Below are positions 45,591 through 55,064 of a stretch of DNA of 64,000 nucleotides, piece by piece. The stretch is taken from contig CAYOXC010000001.1 in NCBI GenBank assembly GCA_964407865.1, forward strand, positions 331,978-395,977. Direction: 5' to 3'. Each line of letters opens with the position of its first letter. Positions within the stretch are counted from its first letter, which is position 1. Source of the stretch: an uncultured Gammaproteobacteria bacterium. GTDB taxonomy: Bacteria > Patescibacteriota > Patescibacteriia > Magasanikbacterales > GWA2-37-8. The notes beneath the pieces are model-generated. The model searched no databases and was not told the DNA's origin. It saw nothing but the letters and a program-made list of their open reading frames with translations. The position numbers were made by a program, and so were the translations under genes.

Positions 45591-47417
45591 TTATTTTTTG
45601 TATGGCGTATTAACCAGTGCGCCATCTGCTTTGGTTCGTCCGCGTTTGAGAACTTTTGAACGAACTTTTTGTTGAAATTTTGTATGCAATACTTTGTGTC
45701 GGTTCGTTGCCTGGTTAAAAAACTCAACATAAGCTTCTTTGACAGCGGGATTTTCATGAGCAAGACGGACTTTTTTCTTGCCATCAATTAGATATAGTGA
45801 AGCCGCCCGTCTTAAACGAATAGATTCGTCAACCGGCATTGACTGACCACCTCCACCGATACAACCACCAGGACATGCCATGACCTCCACGCAGTCATAT
45901 GCCTCGGGATTGGATTTTAACTCCTCTAAAATTATTTTTGCGTTTGATATTTTATTTGTCACAACTACACGCAATTCTGAACGCATGCCTTTTGCTGTTT
46001 TAATAGGCTTGGGCAATTTGATTGTTGCTTTTTTAATACCGTCTAAACCGCGCACATCTTTAAACAAATTATAATCTTTTAAATTTTTTCCGGTTAAAAG
46101 CCAGTAAGCAGTGCGCAAAGCTGATTCCATAACTCCGCCAGAAGCGCCGTATATAACCCCAGCACCAGAAGGGTCGCCAAACGGATTATCTGCTGGCAAT
46201 TGTTTTATCTTGCTTAAATTAATTTTTCTTTCTAAAAACCAATGGGCCAATTCCCGGGTCGTAATCACAACATCAACCGGCTTTAGACCGTCAATCAGAA
46301 ACTCAGGTCGTTCAATTTCATATTTTTTTGAAGTGCACGGCATTACTGATACGCTGATAATATCTTTCGGATTTATCTTCATCCTTTTAGCCCAATAGGT
46401 CTTTATGATTCCACCCATCATTATCTCAGGCGAACGGGCGGTGCTTAAATGACTGACTAAATCCGGTCGATAAAATTCAAGATAATTTACCCAAGAAGGA
46501 CAGCAAGAGGTAAACATTGGCAAATTTTTTCCATTTTTTATCCGCTCCACGCCTTCGGCTGCTTCCTCAAAAGTTGTAAAATCTGCCGCCGACGCAGTGT
46601 CGAAAACAAAATTAAAACCAAGTGATCGCAAACCTGCAGCAAGCTGATTGGTAGCGGCCGCCCCATAGGGCAAGCCGAGCTCTTCACCGATAGATACTCT
46701 AATTGAAGGGGCAAATTGCACAACTATTGTTTTACTTTTATCTTTTAATATCTGCTCTAATTCTTCAATTTTTTTAAATTCTCCCGCGGATTTTATAGCG
46801 CCTGCCGGACAATGAACAATGCACTGGCCACAGGCAATACAATCTTTTTTCTTATCTGATGTTGGTTTAATGCCAATATCAGAGCCGCGTTCATCAACTT
46901 CAAGATATTCAGTCGGACAAACATCAACACAGTTGCGGCAATCAATGCATTTGGTTTGATCAAAAATAATAGGTCCAAATTCGTATATTGGTCGACGAAT
47001 TTTCCTGTCAGGAAATCGCAACATTTTTGAATTAAGAATTTTTCGGTATTTAAGCAAATCGCAACGAGAATTCCAGACACAGGATGGGCAATCTTCCACA
47101 TGTTCGCCAAAAATAAGCTCCAAATTAAATTTTCTTGCCCGTTTAATTTGTGGGGTTGAGGTAGTAACTTCCATACCATCTTCGACCAAAGTTGAACAAG
47201 CGGTTGCAAGCGATCGACAACCTTTAACTTTTACCAAACACATGCGACAATTAGCTCGGACTTCAATATCAGGGTGCTTGCAAAGATGTGGTATATCAAT
47301 TTCAGATCTTAGCGCAACATCAAGAATGGTTTCGCCTTCAACTACCTCAATTTCTCTGCCATCAATTTTAATATTGAACTTTTTGGCCATACCCAGCATA
47401 TCAGCTTCCAGAGACAA
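45591..47417 (-). CDS. hydA: [FeFe]-hydrogenase catalytic subunit HydA (N-terminal 2Fe-2S and 4Fe-4S domains plus H-cluster domain)
   Basis: H-cluster motifs TSCCPSW, MPCTSKKYE, MACPGGCIGGGGQ. Confidence 0.9.
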   Translation of the reverse strand: MSLEADMLGMAKKFNIKIDGREIEVVEGETILDVALRSEIDIPHLCKHPDIEVRANCRMCLVKVKGCRSLATACSTLVEDGMEVTTSTPQIKRARKFNLELIFGEHVEDCPSCVWNSRCDLLKYRKILNSKMLRFPDRKIRRPIYEFGPIIFDQTKCIDCRNCVDVCPTEYLEVDERGSDIGIKPTSDKKKDCIACGQCIVHCPAGAIKSAGEFKKIEELEQILKDKSKTIVVQFAPSIRVSIGEELGLPYGAAATNQLAAGLRSLGFNFVFDTASAADFTTFEEAAEGVERIKNGKNLPMFTSCCPSWVNYLEFYRPDLVSHLSTARSPEIMMGGIIKTYWAKRMKINPKDIISVSVMPCTSKKYEIERPEFLIDGLKPVDVVITTRELAHWFLERKINLSKIKQLPADNPFGDPSGAGVIYGASGGVMESALRTAYWLLTGKNLKDYNLFKDVRGLDGIKKATIKLPKPIKTAKGMRSELRVVVTNKISNAKIILEELKSNPEAYDCVEVMACPGGCIGGGGQSMPVDESIRLRRAASLYLIDGKKKVRLAHENPAVKEAYVEFFNQATNRHKVLHTKFQQKVRSKVLKRGRTKADGALVNTPYKK

Positions 47418-47606
47418 ACACCGTTTAATGTCTGTACTCTTTAATTATTTAAAATTTATTCTATCTGCCACAGCTAATAACCAATCCCGTGTGTTTGTCT
47501 ATTTTTTATATCCAACCCCCTTAGATAAACATCTTTTACTTATTCTACCACCCAAATTTGATCTATTTAAATAAACACACTGGAAGTTGTATTGCTGGGC
47601 ATAATA

Positions 47607-48155
47607 CTAAATCCTCTTTATGATTTTTAAAAAAGCATAAGCAATTATGCTGCCGAGAAGTGCTGAGTAAAGCTGGTTCCAAGACATCATAAAAGCGGCG
47701 GTTTTTGCTAGTGTTTGATTAAGAAAAAAATTAAAGAATAGTTGGCTTGAAATAGTCAGAAATAAAAATTTTACTACCGAAGCCGTAGTGGCAGCCAACC
47801 AATAATTTTTTAAACGTAAAAAATGAAAAATAACCACTAGAATAATATTCGATAACATTATAAAGGGTACGAATGGCATAAACAACGCTGGCAACAAACC
47901 GCCGACTAAAGCCATAATGCTTGGCACAAAGGACAATATAATACCGCTTCGTAATCCAAGCATCACTGTGACAATGATAAGCAAGGCATTCACCATTGGT
48001 CCGGAGATAAACTGATTGGGAAAAAGCGGAGCCAGCATAGTGCCAGCTAAAAATACAAAAAATATTCCGACGGCTGAAATAGATTTATCTTTCGGCACTG
48101 CCCCGACTTGTTCTGCAGCGGGTGTATCGTAAATAATTTCTTTCATAAAAAGCAT
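47607..48155 (-). CDS. hypothetical polytopic membrane protein (ECF S-component-like) within the hydrogenase cluster
   Basis: Five to six hydrophobic helices; no catalytic motifs. Confidence 0.35.
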   Translation of the reverse strand: MLFMKEIIYDTPAAEQVGAVPKDKSISAVGIFFVFLAGTMLAPLFPNQFISGPMVNALLIIVTVMLGLRSGIILSFVPSIMALVGGLLPALFMPFVPFIMLSNIILVVIFHFLRLKNYWLAATTASVVKFLFLTISSQLFFNFFLNQTLAKTAAFMMSWNQLYSALLGSIIAYAFLKIIKRI

Positions 48156-48164
48156 TAAATAATT

Positions 48165-49163
48165 TTATTCGACTCCGACTTTGGTGATCAAACTCATCAT
48201 TGGTTCATGTACGCTTTTTCCCAATGGACAAAAACTTGAATCACGCATGGTTTCAAGAATGGCACGCATCATTAACCAGTCTGGTTTCTGTTTTTTCAAT
48301 TCCTGCTTTAGACGATAAAGACCCTCACGACACGGCGCACATTTACCGCAATTTGAATTATAAAAAAAATTCACCCAGCGTTTCATTAATTCTTTAGTTT
48401 TTGTTTTTTTCGCGTTATAGACAATTATTGATCCTGCTCCGCATAAAATCTGATCTAGTTCATCCGGCATTAATATTTGACCGGCAGCACCACCGCCGAC
48501 CTGTACAAAAAAATTACCGCGTGGTGAATTTTTTGTCTTACGCAAAACTTCTCGAATCGGATATTTAGCCGATAACTCAAAAACACCCGGGTTTGAAACA
48601 TCTCCGTGAATTGAGTAAAAGCGAGTATCTCGGTATTCGCCTTTGATTAATTTGGATATGTAATAGAAAGTTTCAACATTGTTAACCAATGTCGGATGGC
48701 CTTTTAAGCCACTTTCAGTAGGAAATGGAGGCTTCAGACGCGGTTCAGGCCTGTTGCCTTCCATGTTTTCGAGCAATGTGGTCTCTTCTCCACACAGATA
48801 ACCGCCATCCTCAGGAAAAAAACTAATAGGCATGCGGCCGATGAAAGGATCCAAACGAGTTTTAAATTTATTCAAATCTTTTCGCTGGCAATAAATATAA
48901 GCTTTTTCAGCACCAAGTTCGTCAATGGCTATTTTTATGCCATTTACTACTTCAGCCGGATGATATTGGAGTAAATACTTATCTTTATCAACGCCTGGTT
49001 CTCCTTCGGTAGCATTGCATACTATGTATACAGGTTCATCAAATCTTTCAATTTTTGCCTTTAAAACAGAGAGCCATTTGTATGACACCGGAAATTCTGC
49101 TCCACCGCGTCCAGTTAAACCAGATGCCTGAATTTTATGTAAATTTCTCATAATTATTTTCAA
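48165..49163 (-). CDS. hydB: NuoF-like flavoprotein (hydrogenase HydB-like), short form
   Basis: GLTGRGGAEFPVSYKW, CNATEGEPGVDKDKYL (FMN/NADH site), CGKCAPCREG (4Fe-4S). Confidence 0.75.
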   Translation of the reverse strand: MKIIMRNLHKIQASGLTGRGGAEFPVSYKWLSVLKAKIERFDEPVYIVCNATEGEPGVDKDKYLLQYHPAEVVNGIKIAIDELGAEKAYIYCQRKDLNKFKTRLDPFIGRMPISFFPEDGGYLCGEETTLLENMEGNRPEPRLKPPFPTESGLKGHPTLVNNVETFYYISKLIKGEYRDTRFYSIHGDVSNPGVFELSAKYPIREVLRKTKNSPRGNFFVQVGGGAAGQILMPDELDQILCGAGSIIVYNAKKTKTKELMKRWVNFFYNSNCGKCAPCREGLYRLKQELKKQKPDWLMMRAILETMRDSSFCPLGKSVHEPMMSLITKVGVE

Positions 49164-49243
49164 CTAGAATGCCTTAATTTTACCAAATTTTTTCAATTAC
49201 GGCAAAATTTATCGTGTGCACAATAGATTAAAGCGAAAACATT

Positions 49244-49272
49244 GACAAATATTGATATTTATGCTACAATCT
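49244..49272 (+). promoter_or_regulatory. sigma70-like promoter (TTGACA-17-TACAAT)
   Basis: near-consensus boxes upstream of the island gene at 49328. Confidence 0.45.
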
Positions 49273-49327
49273 AACGTCAGAATATAAAAAAACGAACATT
49301 ACAACCACGGAAATGGAAGGGGGAAAA

Positions 49328-49861
49328 ATGCTTTATAAAAAAGATGAAGAAAGTAGGCGGGCGTCATACATATTTCTTTTTCTACTGCCCTTTGCTATTG
49401 TGCCGGTTCTTTTGAACATATGGGCGAGTTCCAATTCGATCCATTTCGGTATGACCACGCCAGAGCTGATGAAAGAAGTCTATATGATTGTGTTTTACTT
49501 CATCGCCGGTTTTTTCATTGCTGCAACAATCGGCAGAGTGGTAAAACGAAAAAATGCAACTGCGGCATTCGGAGTTCGTGTTCTGGTAATAATCTCAGTC
49601 GTCGCGCTCACCTACAATCAACTGGCGATCAGTCTGGCACTGGCGCCAGTAAAAGTAGAATTTAAACAGGTGGCAAGCACCTGTAAAGCAAGAACAGGTG
49701 AACTGATTTGTGGTGATGCGCTAAAAAACGTTCTCAAAAAACGTGACCAGACGCTTGAGAAAATGAATGCAATCAGAATTGGCGATTGGCGCATTACTGC
49801 CGTAGATAAACATACCATCACCACAGACCGCGACAGCGTCTACATCTACTCTCCTTTTTAA
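49328..49861 (+). CDS. hypothetical membrane protein (3-4 TM) with C-terminal soluble domain; compositionally atypical
   Basis: GC about 44% against a host of about 36%; start probably at the second ATG (MLYKK), which has an AAGGGGG RBS. Confidence 0.4.
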   Translation: MLYKKDEESRRASYIFLFLLPFAIVPVLLNIWASSNSIHFGMTTPELMKEVYMIVFYFIAGFFIAATIGRVVKRKNATAAFGVRVLVIISVVALTYNQLAISLALAPVKVEFKQVASTCKARTGELICGDALKNVLKKRDQTLEKMNAIRIGDWRITAVDKHTITTDRDSVYIYSPF

Positions 49862-49970
49862 TCCCTCCTTTTTTATCCAACCGTTCTTTTTGTAAGACAG
49901 CCTAATCAGCTGTTTTTTTATATAAAAAAACCACCCCTCATGGGGGCGATTTTTTTAACTCATTTATTAA

Positions 49971-50372
49971 TTATTTCAAGTTGACTTTGCCGCCAGCCTC
50001 TTCAATCTTTTTCTTCATTTCCTCGGCATCGGCTTTATTAACACCTTCTTTAATTGCTTTTGGTGCAGCGTCAACTAAACCTTTGGCTTCAGCCAAACCC
50101 AATCCGGTTATTTCTTTTACTGCCTTGATAACATTTATCTTATTAGCGCCAGCATCAGTTAATTCAACAATGAAATCGTCCTTTTCTTCTACTGCGGCAC
50201 CAGCAGCAGCCGGAGCAGCCATCATCATGGCCGGAGCGGCAGCCGAAACACCGAATTTGTCTTCAAGGACTTTGACTAGTTCAGCCAAATCCAATACAGA
50301 CATTTTTTCAATCTCTTCCACGAGCTTTTTAAATTTCTCGGGAACGATTACTTCTTTTTTCTCGTCTGACAT
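49971..50372 (-). CDS. rplL: 50S ribosomal protein L7/L12
   Basis: Ala-rich hinge and conserved C-terminal domain. Confidence 0.95.
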   Translation of the reverse strand: MSDEKKEVIVPEKFKKLVEEIEKMSVLDLAELVKVLEDKFGVSAAAPAMMMAAPAAAGAAVEEKDDFIVELTDAGANKINVIKAVKEITGLGLAEAKGLVDAAPKAIKEGVNKADAEEMKKKIEEAGGKVNLK

Positions 50373-50387
50373 AATTTTTTTGATTAA

Positions 50388-50909
50388 TTAGGCTTTCGCC
50401 TCTTTTATATTATTTAATACAGAAATTAATCCGCGCAAATTACCGGCCATTACATTAACAAAACCGGAAACCGGAGCGTTAAGTGAACCGACCAACTGTG
50501 CCAGGAGTTGTGGTTTTGAAGGCAGTGATGCTAAATTATTTACATAATCGGCACCAATAAACTTACCTTCAAATACTCCGCCGAATATTGATACTACTTT
50601 GTGCGTTTTGGCAAAATCCGCCACTACTCTGGCTGGAGCAATTTCATCGGACTGACCGAAAAAAGTTGCAACGCCGCCTTCAAAAACTTTTGGATCTGCT
50701 TCTAAACCAATTTGGTCAAACGCCTTTCGCAATAATGTCTTTTTAGCGACTAGCACATTAATACCCTCTTTGCGACAAATATTTCTAAATTCATCAGCTT
50801 CAGCTACGGTTAAACCCTGGAAATTTGCGAAAACCGAAGCTTTCGCGGATTTTAAACCATCGCTTAAAGATGATAGTGTGTCTTCTTTTTGTTTTCTTGT
50901 TTTTGGCAT
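50388..50909 (-). CDS. rplJ: 50S ribosomal protein L10
   Basis: Conserved L10 N-domain; positioned upstream of rplL. Confidence 0.9.
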   Translation of the reverse strand: MPKTRKQKEDTLSSLSDGLKSAKASVFANFQGLTVAEADEFRNICRKEGINVLVAKKTLLRKAFDQIGLEADPKVFEGGVATFFGQSDEIAPARVVADFAKTHKVVSIFGGVFEGKFIGADYVNNLASLPSKPQLLAQLVGSLNAPVSGFVNVMAGNLRGLISVLNNIKEAKA

Positions 50910-51065
50910 AATGGTTTATGGTCACAGTTCGTTTAAAAAACAAAACTGTGGCTTTAAACCACAGACTAAACAATCTTCGACCTAAAACACCCTAAAATGG
51001 GTAGTCAGATTGCCTCGGTAGCGTAATTAACCCTTGCGGGCGCTACTGTCTATGGCTATGATGAG
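50910..51065 (-). promoter_or_regulatory. rplJ leader with attenuator hairpin (L10-leader-like)
   Basis: Putative promoter TTGACA-17-TATTCT near 51060-51090 on the minus strand; about 150-nt leader containing ctgtggcttt aaa ccacag plus a T-run (forward 50944-50975). Confidence 0.4.
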
Positions 51066-51172
51066 AATAGCAAAATATCAAAAATATGTCAATAGATTAA
51101 AACCACAACTACCTAATCATAACTGTGAATGAATTGATCTTAATTAAAAACCTGCCATAGGCAGGTTTTTAA

Positions 51173-51859
51173 TTACTCAATAATTGTCCCTTTGGTTTGT
51201 TTTCCAGCAAGTGCCTTTTTTAGTTCAACCATATTCGTACCTTTAACAAAAGAAACTTTAAGTTTAAGTTTTTCAGCCAGTCTTGCTGCTGCAGGATCAA
51301 ATGGTATATTTGCACCCGGTTGCCATTTTTCGCCAATAATTTTACGCAATTCTTTCCAGGTCAAACGCGACAGTGGTTTTGCTTTTTTATTTTTTCGCGG
51401 ATCAGCAGTATAAACATAATCGATGTTAGAAACATTAACTACTTCTTTGGCGCCGTAAGCTTTAGCTAAAAGCACTGCATCTTTATCTGTGGAACAACCG
51501 GGTTTCCAGCCGCTAGCCACGATTATCGGTTTTGAAGTTTTTACTTTTCTTGTGGGGTTATATATGACTTCTGGATGTGCCATGTCTCCCAATAAAAATA
51601 TCGTAAACTGCGCATTGAGATGGGTGACATATATTCCTAATTGATCTAAATTTTTTTCCGACAATCCAACCGCCTCTTTTATTGCCTTCTGATAGGCGCG
51701 ACAGGTTCCACCGCCACCAATAACTAAAATATATTTTTCGCCTTTGTCCACCTGCTCAGAAATTATTTTACGGAAGTTTTTTAAAAATTTAACATTAAAA
51801 CCGTCAGCTGGAATTATCATTGAACCTCCAAGAGAAAAAACTCTAATTCTATTTTTCAT
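51173..51859 (-). CDS. pyrH: uridylate (UMP) kinase, archaeal-type amino-acid-kinase fold
   Basis: SLGGS, VIGGGG, SGWKPGCSTD, YTADP motifs. Confidence 0.7.
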   Translation of the reverse strand: MKNRIRVFSLGGSMIIPADGFNVKFLKNFRKIISEQVDKGEKYILVIGGGGTCRAYQKAIKEAVGLSEKNLDQLGIYVTHLNAQFTIFLLGDMAHPEVIYNPTRKVKTSKPIIVASGWKPGCSTDKDAVLLAKAYGAKEVVNVSNIDYVYTADPRKNKKAKPLSRLTWKELRKIIGEKWQPGANIPFDPAAARLAEKLKLKVSFVKGTNMVELKKALAGKQTKGTIIE

Positions 51860-52020
51860 GTAATTTAAAAATTAATATTTTTTTATTGACTTTGTTTTTA
51901 TCTAAACAAATACTTTTATTTACTTTTTCATACATACTTTTCTGCACCTTAAAGGGACTGGCTGTACGATAAGCCGTTTTTCCTTTCTGTGCTCTGTTTG
52001 AGGAATAATTTTTCACAAAA

Positions 52021-52419
52021 TTAATAGGCCTTCTTACCGAGAAGCATATTTGTTGCCCAAGCGACAACCCACATGATAACCGCTCCCCAAAACGCAGGCC
52101 AAAAACCGGCTACAAAAAAACCTTTAACTATGGTTGAGGCAAGCCAGAACATCAAGGCGTTGATTATGAGGGTAAATACGCCGAGTGTTAAGAGATTAAT
52201 CGGTAAGGTTAAAAGCACAGCAATCGGCCGGATAAGAGCGTTTATCAAACCGAAAATCAAAGCGGCAATAAGTGCGCTGTAAAAACTCGCCACTTTTATG
52301 CCTGGCACGTACATGGCGATAAGCATCAGCGCCCCGGCGCTGACAAGCCAACGAAGAATAAGCTTCATACTTTTAAGATTAATAATTATTAAAAACCAAT
52401 TAACAGACCGAGAATCCAC
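52021..52419 (-). CDS. phage holin 4_2 / DUF360 family membrane protein
   Basis: Three to four TM helices with the DUF360 pattern; true start may be the internal Met (MKLILRW, 52368). Confidence 0.5.
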   Translation of the reverse strand: MDSRSVNWFLIIINLKSMKLILRWLVSAGALMLIAMYVPGIKVASFYSALIAALIFGLINALIRPIAVLLTLPINLLTLGVFTLIINALMFWLASTIVKGFFVAGFWPAFWGAVIMWVVAWATNMLLGKKAY

Positions 52420-53030
52420 TGTATTATCGGAATAATTAAATCAAACAAAAAGAAAATAAATATTAGTAAAATAATAAAACCATATCGCTCAAGAAAAATA
52501 CGTATATTTCGAGCCGAATCCGGTAATATGGCATAAAGAATTTTTGATCCGTCCAAAGGTGGAATGGGAATCAAGTTAAAAACCATAAGCAGAACATTGG
52601 CATAGACAATAATAAAGAAAAATTGACTAACATAAGCCATGGGAAAAATGCGTACTAGCAATGCAAATGAAACTGCTAATAATAAATTTGCCATCGGCCC
52701 AGCTAAACCAACAAGGGCCGGTCCCCATTTTTGATCGCGTAAATTATATGGATTGTATGGTACTGGCTTGGCATAGGCAAACAAAAAAGTGCCGTTTGAT
52801 AAAAAAAATAAAAGCAAAGGCATAACTATAGTACCCCAAGTATCAATGTGCGCTCTTGGGTTTAAAGTTAGCCGACCGGCATATTTAGCAGTCGGATCTC
52901 CTAGGCGATTGGCCATCCAGCCATGTGCATATTCATGAATAATCGCAGAGGGTACAATAACAAGAAAATAAAATATTAGCTGAAGAGGGTTCATGGTTTT
53001 TTGACCCAACCTATGTGGCGGGGTTGACAA
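52389..53030 (-). CDS. M50 family (site-2 protease-like) membrane metalloprotease
   Basis: HEYAHG (HExxH) within a TM helix; polytopic. Confidence 0.75.
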   Translation of the reverse strand: MSTPPHRLGQKTMNPLQLIFYFLVIVPSAIIHEYAHGWMANRLGDPTAKYAGRLTLNPRAHIDTWGTIVMPLLLFFLSNGTFLFAYAKPVPYNPYNLRDQKWGPALVGLAGPMANLLLAVSFALLVRIFPMAYVSQFFFIIVYANVLLMVFNLIPIPPLDGSKILYAILPDSARNIRIFLERYGFIILLIFIFFLFDLIIPIIQWILGLLIGF

Positions 53031-53088
53031 AATAAATAAAAATGCTTATAATGCGATTATTATAACTTATTATAGCTACAAATTCAAT

Positions 53089-53268
53089 ATGAGCCGGACT
53101 TGCCAGCTTTGCGGCAAAGGAGCGTCGAGAGCAAATAGTGTCAGCCATTCAAATGTTAAAGTTCCTAGACGACAAAAACCAAACCTGCAAACCATTAAGC
53201 TCGCAGGAAAGAATGTAAAAAGCTGTTCAACTTGCCGCCGGACGCTTCGTAAAAAATTAGCCGCATAA
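53089..53268 (+). CDS. rpmB: 50S ribosomal protein L28
   Basis: 59-aa ORF MSRTCQLCGKGASRANSVSHSNVKVPRRQKPNLQTIKL... matches the L28 consensus (MSRxCxxxGK...SHSN...RRxxPNLQ); followed by the terminator at 53280-53309. Confidence 0.85.
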   Translation: MSRTCQLCGKGASRANSVSHSNVKVPRRQKPNLQTIKLAGKNVKSCSTCRRTLRKKLAA

Positions 53269-53279
53269 ATTTTATTGCA

Positions 53280-53309
53280 AAAAATCCGACATTACGTCGG
53301 GTTTTTTTA
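53280..53309 (+). terminator. rho-independent terminator
   Basis: aaaatccgac-atta-cgtcgggttttttt. Confidence 0.6.
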
Positions 53310-53348
53310 TTTTTCTACATTTTTTTATCTTGCCAAAGCGACATATAC

Positions 53349-53747
53349 ATGATAGTATATTTTGACAATTTAACTGTTAATATGAAAAAATCGACAAAAA
53401 ACAATATTGTTCTAATTGTCTTTATCGGAATTATTGCCAGTTTAATGATTTGGGCAATTACCCGCAAAGGCACCGGCCCAATTGGCTCACTATCTCTTTA
53501 TTTTCGTCCAGATTGTCCACACTGTATAAATGTTGAAAAATTCATTACTAATAATGGCTTAGACAAAAAGTACGATATAGAAATGAAAAACATTGACCTA
53601 AGCGGTCAATATGCAAACGAGCTTATGGCTCGTTCGCAGCTATGCGGCATTTCAGCTGAAACACTCGGTGTACCTCTCCTATATGACAGCGGCGATTGTT
53701 ATATGGGTGAAGAGGAAATTATTGATTATTTCCGTAAAATAAACTAA
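53349..53747 (+). CDS. membrane-anchored glutaredoxin/thioredoxin-fold protein (CPHC)
   Basis: N-terminal TM helix; active site CPHC; glutaredoxin-like fold length. Confidence 0.6.
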   Translation: MIVYFDNLTVNMKKSTKNNIVLIVFIGIIASLMIWAITRKGTGPIGSLSLYFRPDCPHCINVEKFITNNGLDKKYDIEMKNIDLSGQYANELMARSQLCGISAETLGVPLLYDSGDCYMGEEEIIDYFRKIN

Positions 53748-54007
53748 TAAAATATCTCAACATACAGTTGAGATATTTTTTATTATTCCTGCTAAAAACA
53801 GGGTAACATGTCCCTAATTACTAGGTGGTAGGCCTCACGTTAAGCCCACGGGCTTAAACAAATTTGGCTAACCTTCACATGTACTTTGTAGAACAGTTAT
53901 TGTCTCTAACAGGAACACCTATATTATACTAAATAATAAAAAATCGGTCAAAAAACCGATTTTTATTGATATTTTTGGCTTAAAAAATGACTGAGCAAAT
54001 TACTGCA

Positions 54008-54607
54008 CTACTCCAATATGCCATCCAAATTTACATCATATAAAACTTCTTCAGCCAACAAGCGATACTTTAAAATCTCCTCTGACTTAAACCAAATCGC
54101 AATCTCTCGCATAGCTTCTTCTGGTTTATCTGAGCAGTGTATCAAATTGCGCACAGCCCTCTCATCTCCACCGGCTAAATCATAAGAGTCCAAAGTTAAA
54201 TCACCTCGGATAGTACCAACATCAGAAGTTAACGGTTCAGTTCCGCCGACAATTTTTTTAACAATGCCAACCGCCTCATTCCCCTGCCATATCATAGCTA
54301 CAACCGGACCAGAAGTCATAAATTTAACAAGCGCTCTAACAATATCTTTGCCATACTCAACAGCTTCTTTATCAACTGGAAGTCCAGCTAACTTACGGCT
54401 CTCAAGCATTTTTACCCCTTTGGATTCAAACCAGGCATCGTCTTTATTGTAATGCGACCAACATTGTTCTTCGGTTGGCAGAACTAATTTTAGAGCCACA
54501 AGTTTCAATCCAGTGCGCTCAATCCTATGAATTATTTCCCCAATCATAGATCTCTGTACGCCGTCAGGTTTAATAATGACAAAAGATTGTTCATTTTTAT
54601 TAGCCAT
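54008..54607 (-). CDS. ndk: nucleoside diphosphate kinase (with short C-terminal extension)
   Basis: FVIIKPDGVQRSMIGEIIHRIE...; catalytic His region; start set at MANKNEQ rather than the upstream in-frame Met. Confidence 0.85.
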   Translation of the reverse strand: MANKNEQSFVIIKPDGVQRSMIGEIIHRIERTGLKLVALKLVLPTEEQCWSHYNKDDAWFESKGVKMLESRKLAGLPVDKEAVEYGKDIVRALVKFMTSGPVVAMIWQGNEAVGIVKKIVGGTEPLTSDVGTIRGDLTLDSYDLAGGDERAVRNLIHCSDKPEEAMREIAIWFKSEEILKYRLLAEEVLYDVNLDGILE

Positions 54608-54693
54608 AGACAAAATTATTTTTAACTTTTTAACACCAATAATAATTATTTTATTGCCGCTATAATACTCCACGAAAATTGCACTGTCAACCT

Positions 54694-55053
54694 CTAATAG
54701 CGCAGAATTACAAATCGAATCATAACGGTTTTTTTAATTCGATTAGGCCAAATAATTATACCTGCGGTAATTAGGTTGGTATCACCAATGTTCCGCCGCA
54801 AACAATATTTTTTCATCGCTCGCTCCATAGACTGTCGCTTCTTTGCTCCGATAGCTAAATCATTGGCCAAGACTCTCTGCCTACGTGTTTTTACTTCCAC
54901 AAAATAATAATCGCCGCCGGATTTGGCGACGATATCTATCTCTCCGTAATCAGTGTAAAAATTTCTTTCAATAATTTCGAATTTGTGTCGGCGTAAAAAA
55001 TTCACAGCTATATCTTCGCCCCACTCGCCTAACCGCCGTTTGCCATGACCCAT
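54694..55053 (-). CDS. yraN: YraN/UPF0102 family endonuclease
   Basis: GEWGEDIAVNFL...GEIDIV...FVEVKTR motifs. Confidence 0.75.
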   Translation of the reverse strand: MGHGKRRLGEWGEDIAVNFLRRHKFEIIERNFYTDYGEIDIVAKSGGDYYFVEVKTRRQRVLANDLAIGAKKRQSMERAMKKYCLRRNIGDTNLITAGIIIWPNRIKKTVMIRFVILRY

Positions 55054-55064
55054 ATATTACTTGC

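Noticed and set aside
45584-45787. ORF-track CDS 45584-45787 (minus strand, 67 aa)
   Set aside because: It overlaps the 3' end of hydA in another frame and has no support.
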